Part shown: positions 1-9,669 of the stretch, one piece after another
How the letters are laid out: every line of letters starts with the position of its first letter
Position numbering within the stretch: position 1 is the stretch's first letter
Virus record (IMG/VR): IMGVR_UViG_3300042880_000321
Location: 4,944 to 68,943 of that record
DNA from: a virus
Reading direction: 5' to 3' (one strand)
Length of the DNA: 64,000 nucleotides
Position numbers and translations under genes: made by a program
The notes under the pieces: generated by a model
What the model saw: the letters and a program-made list of their open reading frames with translations, nothing else
What the model was told of the DNA's origin: nothing
Database searches by the model: none

Positions 1-2
1 CA

Positions 3-596
3 ATCGCCAAAAAGCTAGGCGCGAGCCGCGCCGAAGTGCACATGGTCGTCAAAGAAGTCTTCCCCGAGCTGTTTGCACAGCTCCAAGAAGTCGGATTAGT
101 AAAAATCCCGCATTTCGGTAAGTTCCGCTTCAAAATTCCCATCAATTCCGGCCATCCTCGCCCTCTGATTACCTTCCGGCAGAGTCCTACATGGTCAAAA
201 TGGGCTAAAGCCACCATGAAAGACCCCAAATACAAGCCTTTCATCGAATTTATCGTCGAAAGAGATACCGCTGCTCACGATATCATCGAAAATCGCCGTG
301 TACGGCGGGTTGAATGGATCAAAGGCATCCGACAAGCCGCCTGGGATCGTGAGCGAGTTCGCATTGCGACCAAGCTCGGAGAAATGCTAGGGCAGACTAT
401 CGATCCGAAAACCATCCCCCAAGAGGCGTTGACGCCTCCTCGCATCCGTTACATCCGGCTGCCGGATCATCCGGTGGGGCTACGTGACATACTAGTAGCT
501 CACGGAGTGTTGGAGCCGCTTGATCCACCCGTCCCTGAGAATCCAGAAGACGCCAACCAGCAGAATCTCCAACCAGTTGAAAACCCTCCCGAGTAA
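3..596 (+). CDS. HU/IHF-like DNA-binding protein with C-terminal extension (5'-truncated by the window edge)
   Basis: The frame is open from nt 3. IAKKLGASRAEVHMVVKEVFPELFAQLQEVGLVKIPHFGKFRF..ITFRQS follows the HU pattern (two helices, VxIxxFGxF, terminal Fx strand) with a shortened arm. Confidence 0.6.
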   Translation: MAKKLGASRAEVHMVVKEVFPELFAQLQEVGLVKIPHFGKFRFKIPINSGHPRPLITFRQSPTWSKWAKATMKDPKYKPFIEFIVERDTAAHDIIENRRVRRVEWIKGIRQAAWDRERVRIATKLGEMLGQTIDPKTIPQEALTPPRIRYIRLPDHPVGLRDILVAHGVLEPLDPPVPENPEDANQQNLQPVENPPE

Positions 597-900
597 CCAT
601 TCTGTCCAGTTCCTCGAAAGCCGGGAAGAACTTCACCCAGTCGGTATCCACCGACGCTACTATGTTAATCAGATCAAAGGCCAGACGAGCACAACTACCA
701 TGCCGGCTCTCTAAAAGCTGGCGAATGGCTAGCATCTCCGCTTCGCGGAGTTCAAGTCGGGTGTACTGTGTCCGCATACCGGTAATCGGCTTACCTTCCA
801 TCTTGTTCAGAAGGGCAGTGGCCCTTCTCTCGATAGATGCCAAATACTTTTCAGTGACTTTCTGATCCGGAACGAATTTAGCCATTATTATGCGCCTCAA
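397..900 (-). CDS. hypothetical protein
   Basis: 167-aa ORF divergent from the terminase; overlaps the HU-like ORF antisense by 200 bp. Confidence 0.5.
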   Translation of the reverse strand: MRRIIMAKFVPDQKVTEKYLASIERRATALLNKMEGKPITGMRTQYTRLELREAEMLAIRQLLESRHGSCARLAFDLINIVASVDTDWVKFFPAFEELDRMVTREGFQLVGDSAGWRLLDSQGRVDQAAPTLRELLVCHVAPPDDPAAGCNGCEEASTPLGGWFSDR

Positions 901-949
901 GTTAGATAAGAAAACCTTATCTTAACCAAAGTAGGGGTACTGTTCAACT

Positions 950-2374
950 ATGCAAATTGACTACTACAAAGAAAAGGCGGACTTGTGCCGCCAAAGCTAC
1001 TTTCACTTTGTGAAAGCATTTTGGCCGTATGTCTCTACCGAGAAGCTACAAGTCAACTGGCATATTCCCTACCTTTGCGACGAAATCCAGCGAAATACCG
1101 AGCGAATCTTCGAAGGAAAGCCGAAAGAAGCGGATTTAATCTGCAATATCAGCCCCGGAACCTCAAAATCCTCGATTTTTACGGTCCTCTATGTCCCTTG
1201 GGTATGGACCCGGATGCCGGGATTTCGGTACATCGGAACTAGCTTTGCTGAAGATTTAGCCTTCGAATTGACCGTAAAAAGCCGCCGAATCATCCAATGC
1301 CCCCTATATCAGAAGCTATTTCCGGAAATAGTCCTCAGAGAAGACCTAAATAACAAGTCCATTTGGTCAAATACCCTCGGCGGCGACAGATACGCCGCCG
1401 GTACGGGCGGTAATATCACAGGTCGCCACGCTCACTGTATCGGCATTGACGATCCTATCGATCCAAAAGGCGGGTGGTCGAAAGCAAAGCTGCTGGAAGC
1501 AGCCAAATACGTCTCAGAAACGCTTCCTAGCCGTAAGGTAGACAAAGCCGTCTCTTGGACGTACCTAGTGATGCAGCGAATCTCGATCATGGACCCGACA
1601 GAGGTGATGCTAACCAAGTTCCCGAACATCAAGATTATCTGCCTCCCAGGCGAAAAGACCAGTGCTATCCATCCGCCGGAGCTAGCTGCTTATTATAAGG
1701 ATGACTTATTTGATCCAGTTAGGTTAAGTAGAAGTGTTCTTAACAGTATCAGGCAGGAATTAGGGGAATATGGCTACGCCGGTCAGATCTTACAGCAACC
1801 GATACCGCCCGGAGGCGGTGCCATCAAGGTAGATAGGATCATCACCGACCATATCGCGGCACCGGCAGACCGGGATTTCAAGAAAATCGTCCGAGCATGG
1901 GATAGAGCATACCTCACCGAAGGCGGCGATTACACGGTAGGAGTAAAGCTAGGCATCCTAGAGAACGGTCAAGTATGGATTTTAGATATCAAACGGGGCC
2001 AATGGAGCACAGATGAACGAGAAAAGATCATCTTGCTGACGGCACACACAGATGGTAAATCCTGTAGAGTAGGCATGGAGCAAGAGCCCGGCTCCGCCGG
2101 GCAAGAAGCCGTCATCCACGCTAGCCGCCGGCTAATGGGCTTCATTGTCAACGTCGAGCGGTCATCCGCTCGCAAGGACATTCGGGCCGATTTATTTGCC
2201 ACGCAAATAAATCTAGGCAATGTCCACACCGCGATACGCGGGAAAGTGTGGGACGAATACGTCGAAGAACTAAAGCACTTCCCAGACGGTATCCATGACG
2301 ATCAGGTTGATGCCAGCTCGCTGGCTTTTCAGATATTGACCAAGCCCACTGTACGCCTGGGCGTACTTAGGTAG
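950..2374 (+). CDS. terL: terminase large subunit
   Basis: Walker A-like ISPGTSKS, Walker B IGIDDP, coupling motif VMQR, nuclease residues AWD, GDYT and HDDQVD. Confidence 0.93.
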   Translation: MQIDYYKEKADLCRQSYFHFVKAFWPYVSTEKLQVNWHIPYLCDEIQRNTERIFEGKPKEADLICNISPGTSKSSIFTVLYVPWVWTRMPGFRYIGTSFAEDLAFELTVKSRRIIQCPLYQKLFPEIVLREDLNNKSIWSNTLGGDRYAAGTGGNITGRHAHCIGIDDPIDPKGGWSKAKLLEAAKYVSETLPSRKVDKAVSWTYLVMQRISIMDPTEVMLTKFPNIKIICLPGEKTSAIHPPELAAYYKDDLFDPVRLSRSVLNSIRQELGEYGYAGQILQQPIPPGGGAIKVDRIITDHIAAPADRDFKKIVRAWDRAYLTEGGDYTVGVKLGILENGQVWILDIKRGQWSTDEREKIILLTAHTDGKSCRVGMEQEPGSAGQEAVIHASRRLMGFIVNVERSSARKDIRADLFATQINLGNVHTAIRGKVWDEYVEELKHFPDGIHDDQVDASSLAFQILTKPTVRLGVLR

Positions 2375-2582
2375 GGTCTTCGGGAGGCGACAACAACGTC
2401 GTTATGATGGCTCCGGCAGCTACCGTAGCCAGTATCGGCCAAGTCAGAGCCATGCAGGCGGCAACCGTATGCCGCACGGCGGCATTCACCCACGGCTCTC
2501 TGCCGGTGACATTTAGCACCCGCTCCAGCCTCAAGTACAGGAATACAACCCCAACCGCATAGACAAAACCAAATAATACCAT
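2367..2582 (-). CDS. small membrane protein
   Basis: Two hydrophobic segments; directly follows 2584..2814. Confidence 0.55.
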   Translation of the reverse strand: MVLFGFVYAVGVVFLYLRLERVLNVTGREPWVNAAVRHTVAACMALTWPILATVAAGAIITTLLSPPEDPT

Positions 2583-2583
2583 G

Positions 2584-2814
2584 CTATTTGGACTCCAACA
2601 GTGATTTAGCTATTCCCGTCAATATAATTCCCAGCACTGTAGCAGGGACATACACCCAGTACAACACCCAAGCCCAGACAGGCAGAGAGTCGCCAAGGGC
2701 TCTCAAAATCGAAAACAATAGTACAAGCCACATAGGAGCGGTGACAAACAGACTCCACGACACCATAGCACAGCCCAGCAAACCATTGAATGCTTTCTGT
2801 TCTTCTTGATCCAT
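2584..2814 (-). CDS. small membrane protein
   Basis: Two hydrophobic segments; a minus-strand TGnTATAGT -10 element lies upstream near 2861-2869. Confidence 0.6.
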   Translation of the reverse strand: MDQEEQKAFNGLLGCAMVSWSLFVTAPMWLVLLFSILRALGDSLPVWAWVLYWVYVPATVLGIILTGIAKSLLESK

Positions 2815-2897
2815 ACCAGCGTCCTCTACGATAAGCCTCCAAAATACCAGTTCTGCCTACACTATAGCACAGTCGAGGCACCTTGGTAACGGAAAAA

Positions 2898-2926
2898 TTG
2901 CACATTAACCCTTGTTCTGTTACAAT
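2898..2926 (+). promoter_or_regulatory. sigma70-like promoter upstream of the portal gene
   Basis: TTGCAC-17 bp-TACAAT with a TGn extension. Confidence 0.6.
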
Positions 2927-2960
2927 GCAGAATCAGAGTTCCTAATCCAAGGCAGCCGCA

Positions 2961-4454
2961 ATGACACCGACTTTCCAATTCTTAACGAATCTATACGACC
3001 GTGCATTGGCAGGCATTCCCGTCATGGACGGGATCGACGGCACTCGGGATCTGGATAAAGAGTGTGGCTACCAGAACTTCATCCAAGACAACGACTACAT
3101 GCGTATGTTTCGGCGAGGCGATGTCGCCTCCCGTGTTGTGACGCTGGAACCGGATGAGTGCTGGAAAGAATACCCCAAGATATACGAGACGGAAGAGGAA
3201 CGAGATACCGAGTTCGAAAAGGCGGTAGACCGCCTAGAAGCCAAAACCCGGTTTTTCTCTTACCTTCACCGTTTAGACCGAATTAGCGGTATTCTCCGTT
3301 ACGGCGTGATGCTCATCGGCATGGACGATGGGGCATCCCTGGAAATACCGGCACCCGGCTACGACGAGCATAAAATGCTCGACGGTCCTGGCACCGACAC
3401 AAATATTATCTACTACCGAGTCTTCACAGAGGCTTCCGTCAGCGTATTGGAGTGGGAGACAGATCCTACCAATCCACGGTTCAATCATCCTCTGTATTAC
3501 AACCTGAACTTCAACGAAGTTACCAATTCAAGCAACACGTCATACACGACGGAGAGAGTCCACTGGTCCCGTATCCTCCATGCCGCAGACAATTTAATTG
3601 AGTCTGAAATCCTCGGCCAGCCGAGAATGGAGAATGTCTGGAACCGGTTGATGGACTTACGCAAAGTCGCCGGAGGTTCCGGCGAGATGTTCTGGAAGGG
3701 CGGCTTCCCTGGATTATCGTTCGAAGTCGATCCAAAGCACGGTGAATTCTCTACCGAAGAGCGGGACGCTCTCCGCGAAGACGTGAAGATGTATGCAGAG
3801 GGACTTCAGCGGTACATTACTATGGTCGGCGTATCGGTCAAGTCTATTGCTCCGCAGATTGCGGACCCTACGAGCCACACTGACAATCTTCTAAAACTGA
3901 TCGCCATGACGAAGGCGATCCCTATGCAGACTTTTATGGGCTCCCAGCAAGGGCAGCTAGATAGTCCACAGGACACGATCACATGGCGTGAGCGCATTAT
4001 GCTCCGAAAGGAGCGATACGTCACACCATCTTTGATCCGGCCATTCATCGACCGGCTAATCCAGATCGGTGCTTTACCTACTCCAGTACCCCAAGAAGAT
4101 CAACCGTTGCCTTACATGGTCAAGTGGGAGCCGATGGCTCCTCTTAACATCATGGAACAGGCCAAGGTCGCTAAGGACTTCTCCGAAGCCTTAGCCCGGT
4201 ATGCTACTGCCGGTGCCGAAGCCATTATTCCGCGAGCGGAATTCTTAGGCAAGGTAATGGGATACTCTGGTCAACAGGTACAGGCGATAGAGTCGGCTCC
4301 GCCGACTGAGCATTCGTTGGTATTCAAGCAACTTGAGGGCATGACCGGCTCCGCCGGTGGAAATGCCCCTAGTTCTATACCAAAGGTGCCGAAACCAGGA
4401 AATCGCAAAGACCCCGGAAAAACACCTACCAACACCGTACAGAGGGCAAAATGA
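2961..4454 (+). CDS. portal protein (DUF1073/HI1409-like)
   Basis: Lies after terL; motifs RYGVMLIG, VHWSRILH, GSGEMFW and IP..FMG are typical of this portal family. Confidence 0.85.
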   Translation: MTPTFQFLTNLYDRALAGIPVMDGIDGTRDLDKECGYQNFIQDNDYMRMFRRGDVASRVVTLEPDECWKEYPKIYETEEERDTEFEKAVDRLEAKTRFFSYLHRLDRISGILRYGVMLIGMDDGASLEIPAPGYDEHKMLDGPGTDTNIIYYRVFTEASVSVLEWETDPTNPRFNHPLYYNLNFNEVTNSSNTSYTTERVHWSRILHAADNLIESEILGQPRMENVWNRLMDLRKVAGGSGEMFWKGGFPGLSFEVDPKHGEFSTEERDALREDVKMYAEGLQRYITMVGVSVKSIAPQIADPTSHTDNLLKLIAMTKAIPMQTFMGSQQGQLDSPQDTITWRERIMLRKERYVTPSLIRPFIDRLIQIGALPTPVPQEDQPLPYMVKWEPMAPLNIMEQAKVAKDFSEALARYATAGAEAIIPRAEFLGKVMGYSGQQVQAIESAPPTEHSLVFKQLEGMTGSAGGNAPSSIPKVPKPGNRKDPGKTPTNTVQRAK

Positions 4455-4801
4455 AAGACTTCAACACACTAGCCGCATTATCAATGGCAGCCGCTCTCCG
4501 TCAAGGGGATCGTAGGGAGGCTTTAGCCTCCGCGTTGGACATTACCGATGACCTCGATGTGGTGAATTCAGGTATTGAGCCAGGGAAAAAGTACAATGAT
4601 ACTGAATTAGCTGACCTTATCGAGTCACACATGCGACAAATCGAGAAGGGCAACGCCAATATGAATTGGGCACTCTATATCCCCACCGTTGTCGGTGCTG
4701 TAGCTGCCTGGGTAGAAGATATCGCCACTGGAGAATCTGATGGAAAAGCTGATAGCCAACCTTTCGAACAAAGTCCAAGAGAAGACTCTTCAGGGTCGTA
4801 G
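4451..4801 (+). CDS. hypothetical protein
   Basis: ATGA overlap with the portal stop codon. Confidence 0.55.
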   Translation: MKDFNTLAALSMAAALRQGDRREALASALDITDDLDVVNSGIEPGKKYNDTELADLIESHMRQIEKGNANMNWALYIPTVVGAVAAWVEDIATGESDGKADSQPFEQSPREDSSGS

Positions 4802-6005
4802 CTACCTCGTAGCTCCGGTTTCGATGTTGGTTGAAGGCGTTTGGCCCGGCTCCGCCGGGCCTGTGCTTTATGAAGAAAAAGACATCACCGCTTCTATTTC
4901 TGCTTGGAACGCTCGTCCGATTACCATCGGACACCCTGAAGATAATTCAGGTAACAAGGTTTCCGGATGCACGCCCGAGATGCTAGATAGTCGATCTATC
5001 GGCATGGTACTTAATACTAAGTACAATCGGAAGACCAAAAAGCTACAAGCCGAGGCTTGGTTCGATGCCGAGAGACTCAGCAAGGTCAAAGGGGCCGAAA
5101 TAGTGCATTCTGCACTCTTGGCCAATACCAAGCTCGAAGTCAGCACCGGCTTGTTTGTCGAGGCTTTAATGGCTAATGGCAACTACAACGGCAAGGATTA
5201 CATCGCCAAGGCCACAGCATTCAAGCCAGATCACCTAGCGATCATTCTTGAAGGTGAAGGGGCTTGTTCGCTCAAAGACGGAGCCGGACTACTGGTCAAC
5301 AAGTCGGCCAAGCCGACTAGGCCAGAGAGGCTACCGGTATTGATCGACAACGCCAAGTCGTTGATGAATCAAGTACATGAAGTCCGCGAAGCCGTTGTCG
5401 AAGCCTACGAAATGTACAATCCTGAAGGTAATTCGACCTGGGCATATATCGAAGATATCTACAACGATTCCGTTGTTTTTTCGCTTTCGACGAACGGTGA
5501 ATCTGAATACTTCAAACAAAATTATGAAATTGAAAATGAATCAGTTAAACTAATAGGAGAAAAGGTCAAGGTGACCCGCAAGGTATCCTATTCCGTTCAG
5601 AACCAAAAAGAGAAGATGGAAACACAAGAAACCCCAGCCGCTCCAGCGGCACCTGTCGCAGAAGCCAAGCCGGTGAAGCTAGTGTGCAATTCGGTTGCCG
5701 AGCTACTCGAACATGCCGCACCTTCCGTTAAGAACCAAATCGATGATGCAATGGCAGTAGTCGCGAAGAGTCGCGAAGAACTGATTAGCAAGATCATCGC
5801 TAACAGCAAGGACACTTTCACTTCCGACGAACTCGCATCTTTGCCTACGGCACAGTTGCAAAAGTTCGCAAGTGTTATCAGTTCTGCCGTAGCTCCAGCC
5901 GCTCCTGCTAAAGCACCTGTCTACGCAGGTGAAGCGTTTGTCGGCAACCAAGCTGCTCCGGCCAAGGTCGAAGTAAGCCCCCTTGTTCCACTCTCCACAT
6001 TCTAA
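4740..6005 (+). CDS. capsid maturation protease/scaffold (DUF2213-like)
   Basis: PITIGHP, EVSTG, PDHLAI and GACSLKDGAG motifs; Ala/Pro-rich scaffold-like C-terminus. Confidence 0.8.
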   Translation: MEKLIANLSNKVQEKTLQGRSYLVAPVSMLVEGVWPGSAGPVLYEEKDITASISAWNARPITIGHPEDNSGNKVSGCTPEMLDSRSIGMVLNTKYNRKTKKLQAEAWFDAERLSKVKGAEIVHSALLANTKLEVSTGLFVEALMANGNYNGKDYIAKATAFKPDHLAIILEGEGACSLKDGAGLLVNKSAKPTRPERLPVLIDNAKSLMNQVHEVREAVVEAYEMYNPEGNSTWAYIEDIYNDSVVFSLSTNGESEYFKQNYEIENESVKLIGEKVKVTRKVSYSVQNQKEKMETQETPAAPAAPVAEAKPVKLVCNSVAELLEHAAPSVKNQIDDAMAVVAKSREELISKIIANSKDTFTSDELASLPTAQLQKFASVISSAVAPAAPAKAPVYAGEAFVGNQAAPAKVEVSPLVPLSTF

Positions 6006-6035
6006 TTTCCAGAACCAGAGGAATTTGATACTACT

Positions 6036-6500
6036 ATGGCATTAGCAGCAGCAAACACAATTTTGAAGGATTCGTTCGGTCTGGATGTTCCTGACGTAGA
6101 ACGACCTATCAGCGCCGGAACGACAACCGCTCCGCTCAAGCCGGGCAATCTTGTCCGAGTTTTGTCAAACGGGTCGTATGATCTCCAAAACACAGCAATC
6201 GGCCAAGCGGCTACGATTTTGTTGTGCGAAGACAAGTTCCAAGGCGACCACACAACCGGCGGTGGTGTAGATCGAATCTACGCATCCGGAGCACGAGCGA
6301 GAGCAGTGCATCCAATGCCCGGTATGCTCGGTTACGTCCGAGTACCTACATCCCAGACTGTGAGCGTAGGTAGTGAAATGATGTACAACAACGCAGGTCA
6401 GTTGGTCGTAGCCAGCGGTTCTCCGTTGAAGATCGTAGCTATCTCGGAAGAAGCGATCACAACCACAGCCGAAGACCTCGTACTCGTTCGCTTCGCGTAA
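6036..6500 (+). CDS. head decoration/capsid cement protein
   Basis: About 150 aa, beta-rich, between the protease and the major capsid gene. Confidence 0.65.
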   Translation: MALAAANTILKDSFGLDVPDVERPISAGTTTAPLKPGNLVRVLSNGSYDLQNTAIGQAATILLCEDKFQGDHTTGGGVDRIYASGARARAVHPMPGMLGYVRVPTSQTVSVGSEMMYNNAGQLVVASGSPLKIVAISEEAITTTAEDLVLVRFA

Positions 6501-6533
6501 ACCACAATCAAGAAAGAACCAAAAACAAGAATC

Positions 6534-7655
6534 ATGGAAACACAAGTTCAAGTTGATAGCGGATTCTCGGCAACGGACAACGGCTTGATTGCCAACGGTT
6601 CCGTCGCCCAGAGACTCCTTTCCACCGGCGGGAATTACGATGCCCTTCGACCATACGTTGGCGAAGACGGAAAGTCGTACATTTCCGTGCATAACGGAAA
6701 GTACGACAACAACGGCAAGCCGTTATACGAAGCAAAGTTCATCGGTAATGCCGGTGCAGTTCTTTCGAAGAACGAATGGCAATACCTAGATGCCGCCGTT
6801 GTTCGCGTAGCGAAGCCTCGGTTGCAGTTGGTAAACTCTATGCGTGCCGCTGGGATGACTGAATCCTTCGCGAACGCATACAACTTCGGCGTATATCAAT
6901 ACGAACGAGTAAGCGACATCGACCAAGCGTCGGTTTCGATGAGTCCAAAGAGCCGTGCGACGATTGATCGGCCTACGACCGATATCGTCAACTTGCCTTT
7001 GCCTATTGTCCACAAGGAATTGTCCTTCGAAGCTCGCGAATTGGCTATCAGCCGAAATCGCGGTCAAGCAATCAGCACAACCGCCTTGGAATTGGCTTCT
7101 GAACGAGTTGCTGAAACCATCGAAAGAATGGCATTGGGAACTTGGGGAACGTACACATACGGCGGCGGAACACTGTTCGGCTTGACGAATTTTCCAGGTC
7201 GCCAAACAGGAGCGTTCTTGAACCCAACAGTTGGCGGATGGACACCTCAGATGTTGTACAACAGCGTCATTGAGATGGTCAAGAAGCAACAAGATCAAAA
7301 CCAGTTCGGTACATACGATTTGTACTTCAGCACTGGCTTGATGCAGTACATGCTTCGGGATTACTCTGCTAACTATGCAGGAAGCAACTTGCAGAACAAG
7401 ATTGCCGAACTTTCGGTTATCAACAGCGTTCAACAAATTGACTACCTCACTGGCAATCAGTTGGTTTTGGTTCGAAGAAGTGCTCAAACTGCTTCTATCC
7501 TTGTCGGAATGGACATGCGATTGGTTCAGTGGAACACAGACGGTGGCGAGACACTCAACATGCGATTGATGGCTTTGATGGTGCCTTTGATCCGTCAGGA
7601 TCAATCGGGGCAGTCAGGTATCGTCCATTATACCGGCAACGCAACTACTGTCTAA
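6534..7655 (+). CDS. major capsid protein (HK97 fold, linocin/encapsulin-like subgroup)
   Basis: EWxxLDxAV, PLPIVHK and GLTNFPGR motifs; gene position; followed by a strong terminator. Confidence 0.88.
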   Translation: METQVQVDSGFSATDNGLIANGSVAQRLLSTGGNYDALRPYVGEDGKSYISVHNGKYDNNGKPLYEAKFIGNAGAVLSKNEWQYLDAAVVRVAKPRLQLVNSMRAAGMTESFANAYNFGVYQYERVSDIDQASVSMSPKSRATIDRPTTDIVNLPLPIVHKELSFEARELAISRNRGQAISTTALELASERVAETIERMALGTWGTYTYGGGTLFGLTNFPGRQTGAFLNPTVGGWTPQMLYNSVIEMVKKQQDQNQFGTYDLYFSTGLMQYMLRDYSANYAGSNLQNKIAELSVINSVQQIDYLTGNQLVLVRRSAQTASILVGMDMRLVQWNTDGGETLNMRLMALMVPLIRQDQSGQSGIVHYTGNATTV

Positions 7656-7687
7656 TCAGTAGTTGAAAGTTGACCAGTTTTCAATCG

Positions 7688-7728
7688 AACCACTCGGTAT
7701 AAGCTATAATTATACCGAGTGGTTTTTT
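7688..7728 (+). terminator. intrinsic terminator after the major capsid gene
   Basis: 15-bp inverted repeat AACCACTCGGTATAA / TTATACCGAGTGGTT followed by a T run; loop GCTATAA. Confidence 0.85.
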
Positions 7729-7751
7729 CTTACGTCTACGGGTAATTTCTA

Positions 7752-9050
7752 ATGGCCGATACAATTCGAATCAGACGGGGCACTACAAGTGCCTGGAATG
7801 CCGCTAATCCAGTGCTCGCCTTAGGCGAGCAGGGGTATGATACGACGACTAAGCAGTATAAAGTCGGTGACGGTACGACGGCTTGGACTTCGTTGGCGTA
7901 TTCTACGCCTGGGCATATCGCAGCGGGTACGGTGCTGGCGAATCCTAGCGGGGTGCTTGCGAATCCTGTCGGGGTGGATGCGGCTGGGATGAGGACGTTG
8001 ATAGGTGCTGATGCCGTTGTAAAACGCAGACCAGTCAATCAATGGAAGTCAGTCTCATCAATCGGTAATTCTTTGTTTGAGAACAGCCTGGGTTTGTCAC
8101 GCACAGCTATCGGATTCCTTGGAGTTCCGATGCACAAAAACTTCGGTGTAGGTGGTGCTGCAACCTCAGCATTGGCGGCACAAGCGGCTAACGTACCTAC
8201 TGGCACAGCATGCTTGGTGATGGAAGGGACTAATGACGCAGCAGCAGGAGTTACAGTTTCGACGCACATCGCAAACATGAAAGCTGCTGTGGCTATTTTA
8301 CTTTCTCGTGGAGTGACACCGATCGTAATCGCATCACCACCAAGAGACACGACAACAGCCTTAATAGATTCTTACTCAGTTGCTGAACGCGTGTGGTGTA
8401 TCGACGAGGGATTGTACTTTTGCGATCCGTGGGGAAAGCTGACAGATACTGATGGTACTTGGACTAGTGGTGCGTCTAGCGATGGAGATCATCCAACAAA
8501 TGCAGCCTACTATACCGCAGGAAAAATGATTGCGGATCAGTTGTTAGGTATCGAGTCAAACTATTGGGTTCCTCGAACAAATTCAAACGTACTGTCGAAT
8601 CCACTTTGTCTAACTGATGGGGATACAAACAACAGGCCAGACGGTTGGGCTGGTTTTTCTCTGCCAACATTTTCAGCACTTGCTACAGGTACGCATCCGA
8701 TTCGAGGAAATAGAGCTTTAGCCGTAATAAGCCAATCAGCAACGATGGAGTTATACCACCAAGCATCGGTTTCACCTGGTGTGCTTCAAGTTGGTGACGA
8801 GATTTTAATAACAGGTCTGATGTCACTTGCAAACATGAGCAACTGCCTGATGCGAGTTTATAGTCAAGAAAATTCATTTTTTCTGACACAAGCCAATCAA
8901 CCGACTGTTATAGGACTACAGTCGAGATTTGTGGTCACAGGTAATGTTCAGGTGTGGATCGAAGCTAGAAGTCTTGCTGGCGGGGCGTTTACCTGCGATC
9001 TTACGTTTGGTTGCTTTTCGATTTTGAACTTGACACGAAATAGGTATTAG
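7752..9050 (+). CDS. fibre/spike protein: Mtd_N-like attachment domain plus SGNH (GDSL-type) esterase plus C-terminal beta domain
   Basis: N-terminus IRIRRGTTSAWNAANPVLALGEQGYDTTTKQYKVGDGTTAWTSLAY; SGNH blocks IGNSL, GVGG, EGTND and DGDHP. Confidence 0.8.
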   Translation: MADTIRIRRGTTSAWNAANPVLALGEQGYDTTTKQYKVGDGTTAWTSLAYSTPGHIAAGTVLANPSGVLANPVGVDAAGMRTLIGADAVVKRRPVNQWKSVSSIGNSLFENSLGLSRTAIGFLGVPMHKNFGVGGAATSALAAQAANVPTGTACLVMEGTNDAAAGVTVSTHIANMKAAVAILLSRGVTPIVIASPPRDTTTALIDSYSVAERVWCIDEGLYFCDPWGKLTDTDGTWTSGASSDGDHPTNAAYYTAGKMIADQLLGIESNYWVPRTNSNVLSNPLCLTDGDTNNRPDGWAGFSLPTFSALATGTHPIRGNRALAVISQSATMELYHQASVSPGVLQVGDEILITGLMSLANMSNCLMRVYSQENSFFLTQANQPTVIGLQSRFVVTGNVQVWIEARSLAGGAFTCDLTFGCFSILNLTRNRY

Positions 9051-9199
9051 CCCCCATGCTAAAAGGTACTTCCATGCATCAATCAATCAATACCATTCGC
9101 GACCGAAGGCCGACCGTAGCCAAAACCCCCTCTACGCCCAAGGCGTAGCTATAATAGTATACGTTTCCAATTCCACCCTCTAGCCTTCTTAAAAGTATT

Positions 9200-9394
9200 A
9201 TGGCAAAAGAAGTAGAAAAAGCCGCGAAGCGAAAGTTTGAACTTCTCGGTGGTTTACACCACGTCGGAGATAAAACTTTCAAAGCTCCCGCAGTGGTCGA
9301 AAGCGACGATGACCTCGTCAAGATTTACGGACCTGAAAAGTTCCGCGAAGCCTTCGCACCTGTAGTGTCGGAACCAGTAAAGGAACCTAGCTAA
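9200..9394 (+). CDS. hypothetical protein
   Basis: TATAAT at 9150-9155 upstream; coupled to the next gene by TAATG. Confidence 0.6.
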   Translation: MAKEVEKAAKRKFELLGGLHHVGDKTFKAPAVVESDDDLVKIYGPEKFREAFAPVVSEPVKEPS

Positions 9395-9666
9395 TGTTCG
9401 GTCGTAGAGCCAACAGGCTATCCAATTCCGAGCGCCTCCTAGCAGTTCGCGTAGCACGCGAAAAGCTAGCCGCTGCTGGCGGAAATAGCGTCGAATTCGA
9501 AAGGCTTGTAAAATCAGATGCTCGGACACAAGCAATTGATCCGGCATTAGTCGCACTGTTCATCCAGATAGCGATAGCTGTGTTTAAGTATTACATGAGT
9601 CGTAACGCCGCAGCATCGGCTATTGCCGATGAGACAGATGCTCAACTTTTGAAAAAGGTAGCCTAA
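9394..9666 (+). CDS. hypothetical protein with one hydrophobic helix
   Basis: IDPALVALFIQIAIAVF segment; translationally coupled. Confidence 0.65.
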   Translation: MFGRRANRLSNSERLLAVRVAREKLAAAGGNSVEFERLVKSDARTQAIDPALVALFIQIAIAVFKYYMSRNAAASAIADETDAQLLKKVA

Positions 9667-9669
9667 ACT

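Noticed and set aside
904-922. AGATAAG-N5-CTTATCT palindrome before terL as a packaging site
   Set aside because: Only a 7-bp stem in AT-rich sequence, with no second copy seen; too weak to call.
6786-7604. 272-aa antisense ORF within the capsid gene
   Set aside because: Typical shadow of a codon-biased gene; no recognisable motifs.
6534-7655. Encapsulin nanocompartment or bacteriocin
   Set aside because: It sits in a portal-protease-decoration-capsid operon, so it is the phage capsid protein.
7752-9050. Diversity-generating retroelement suggested by the Mtd_N domain
   Set aside because: No reverse transcriptase, and I saw no TR/VR repeat pair; the C-terminus is SGNH plus a beta domain, not a CLec fold.
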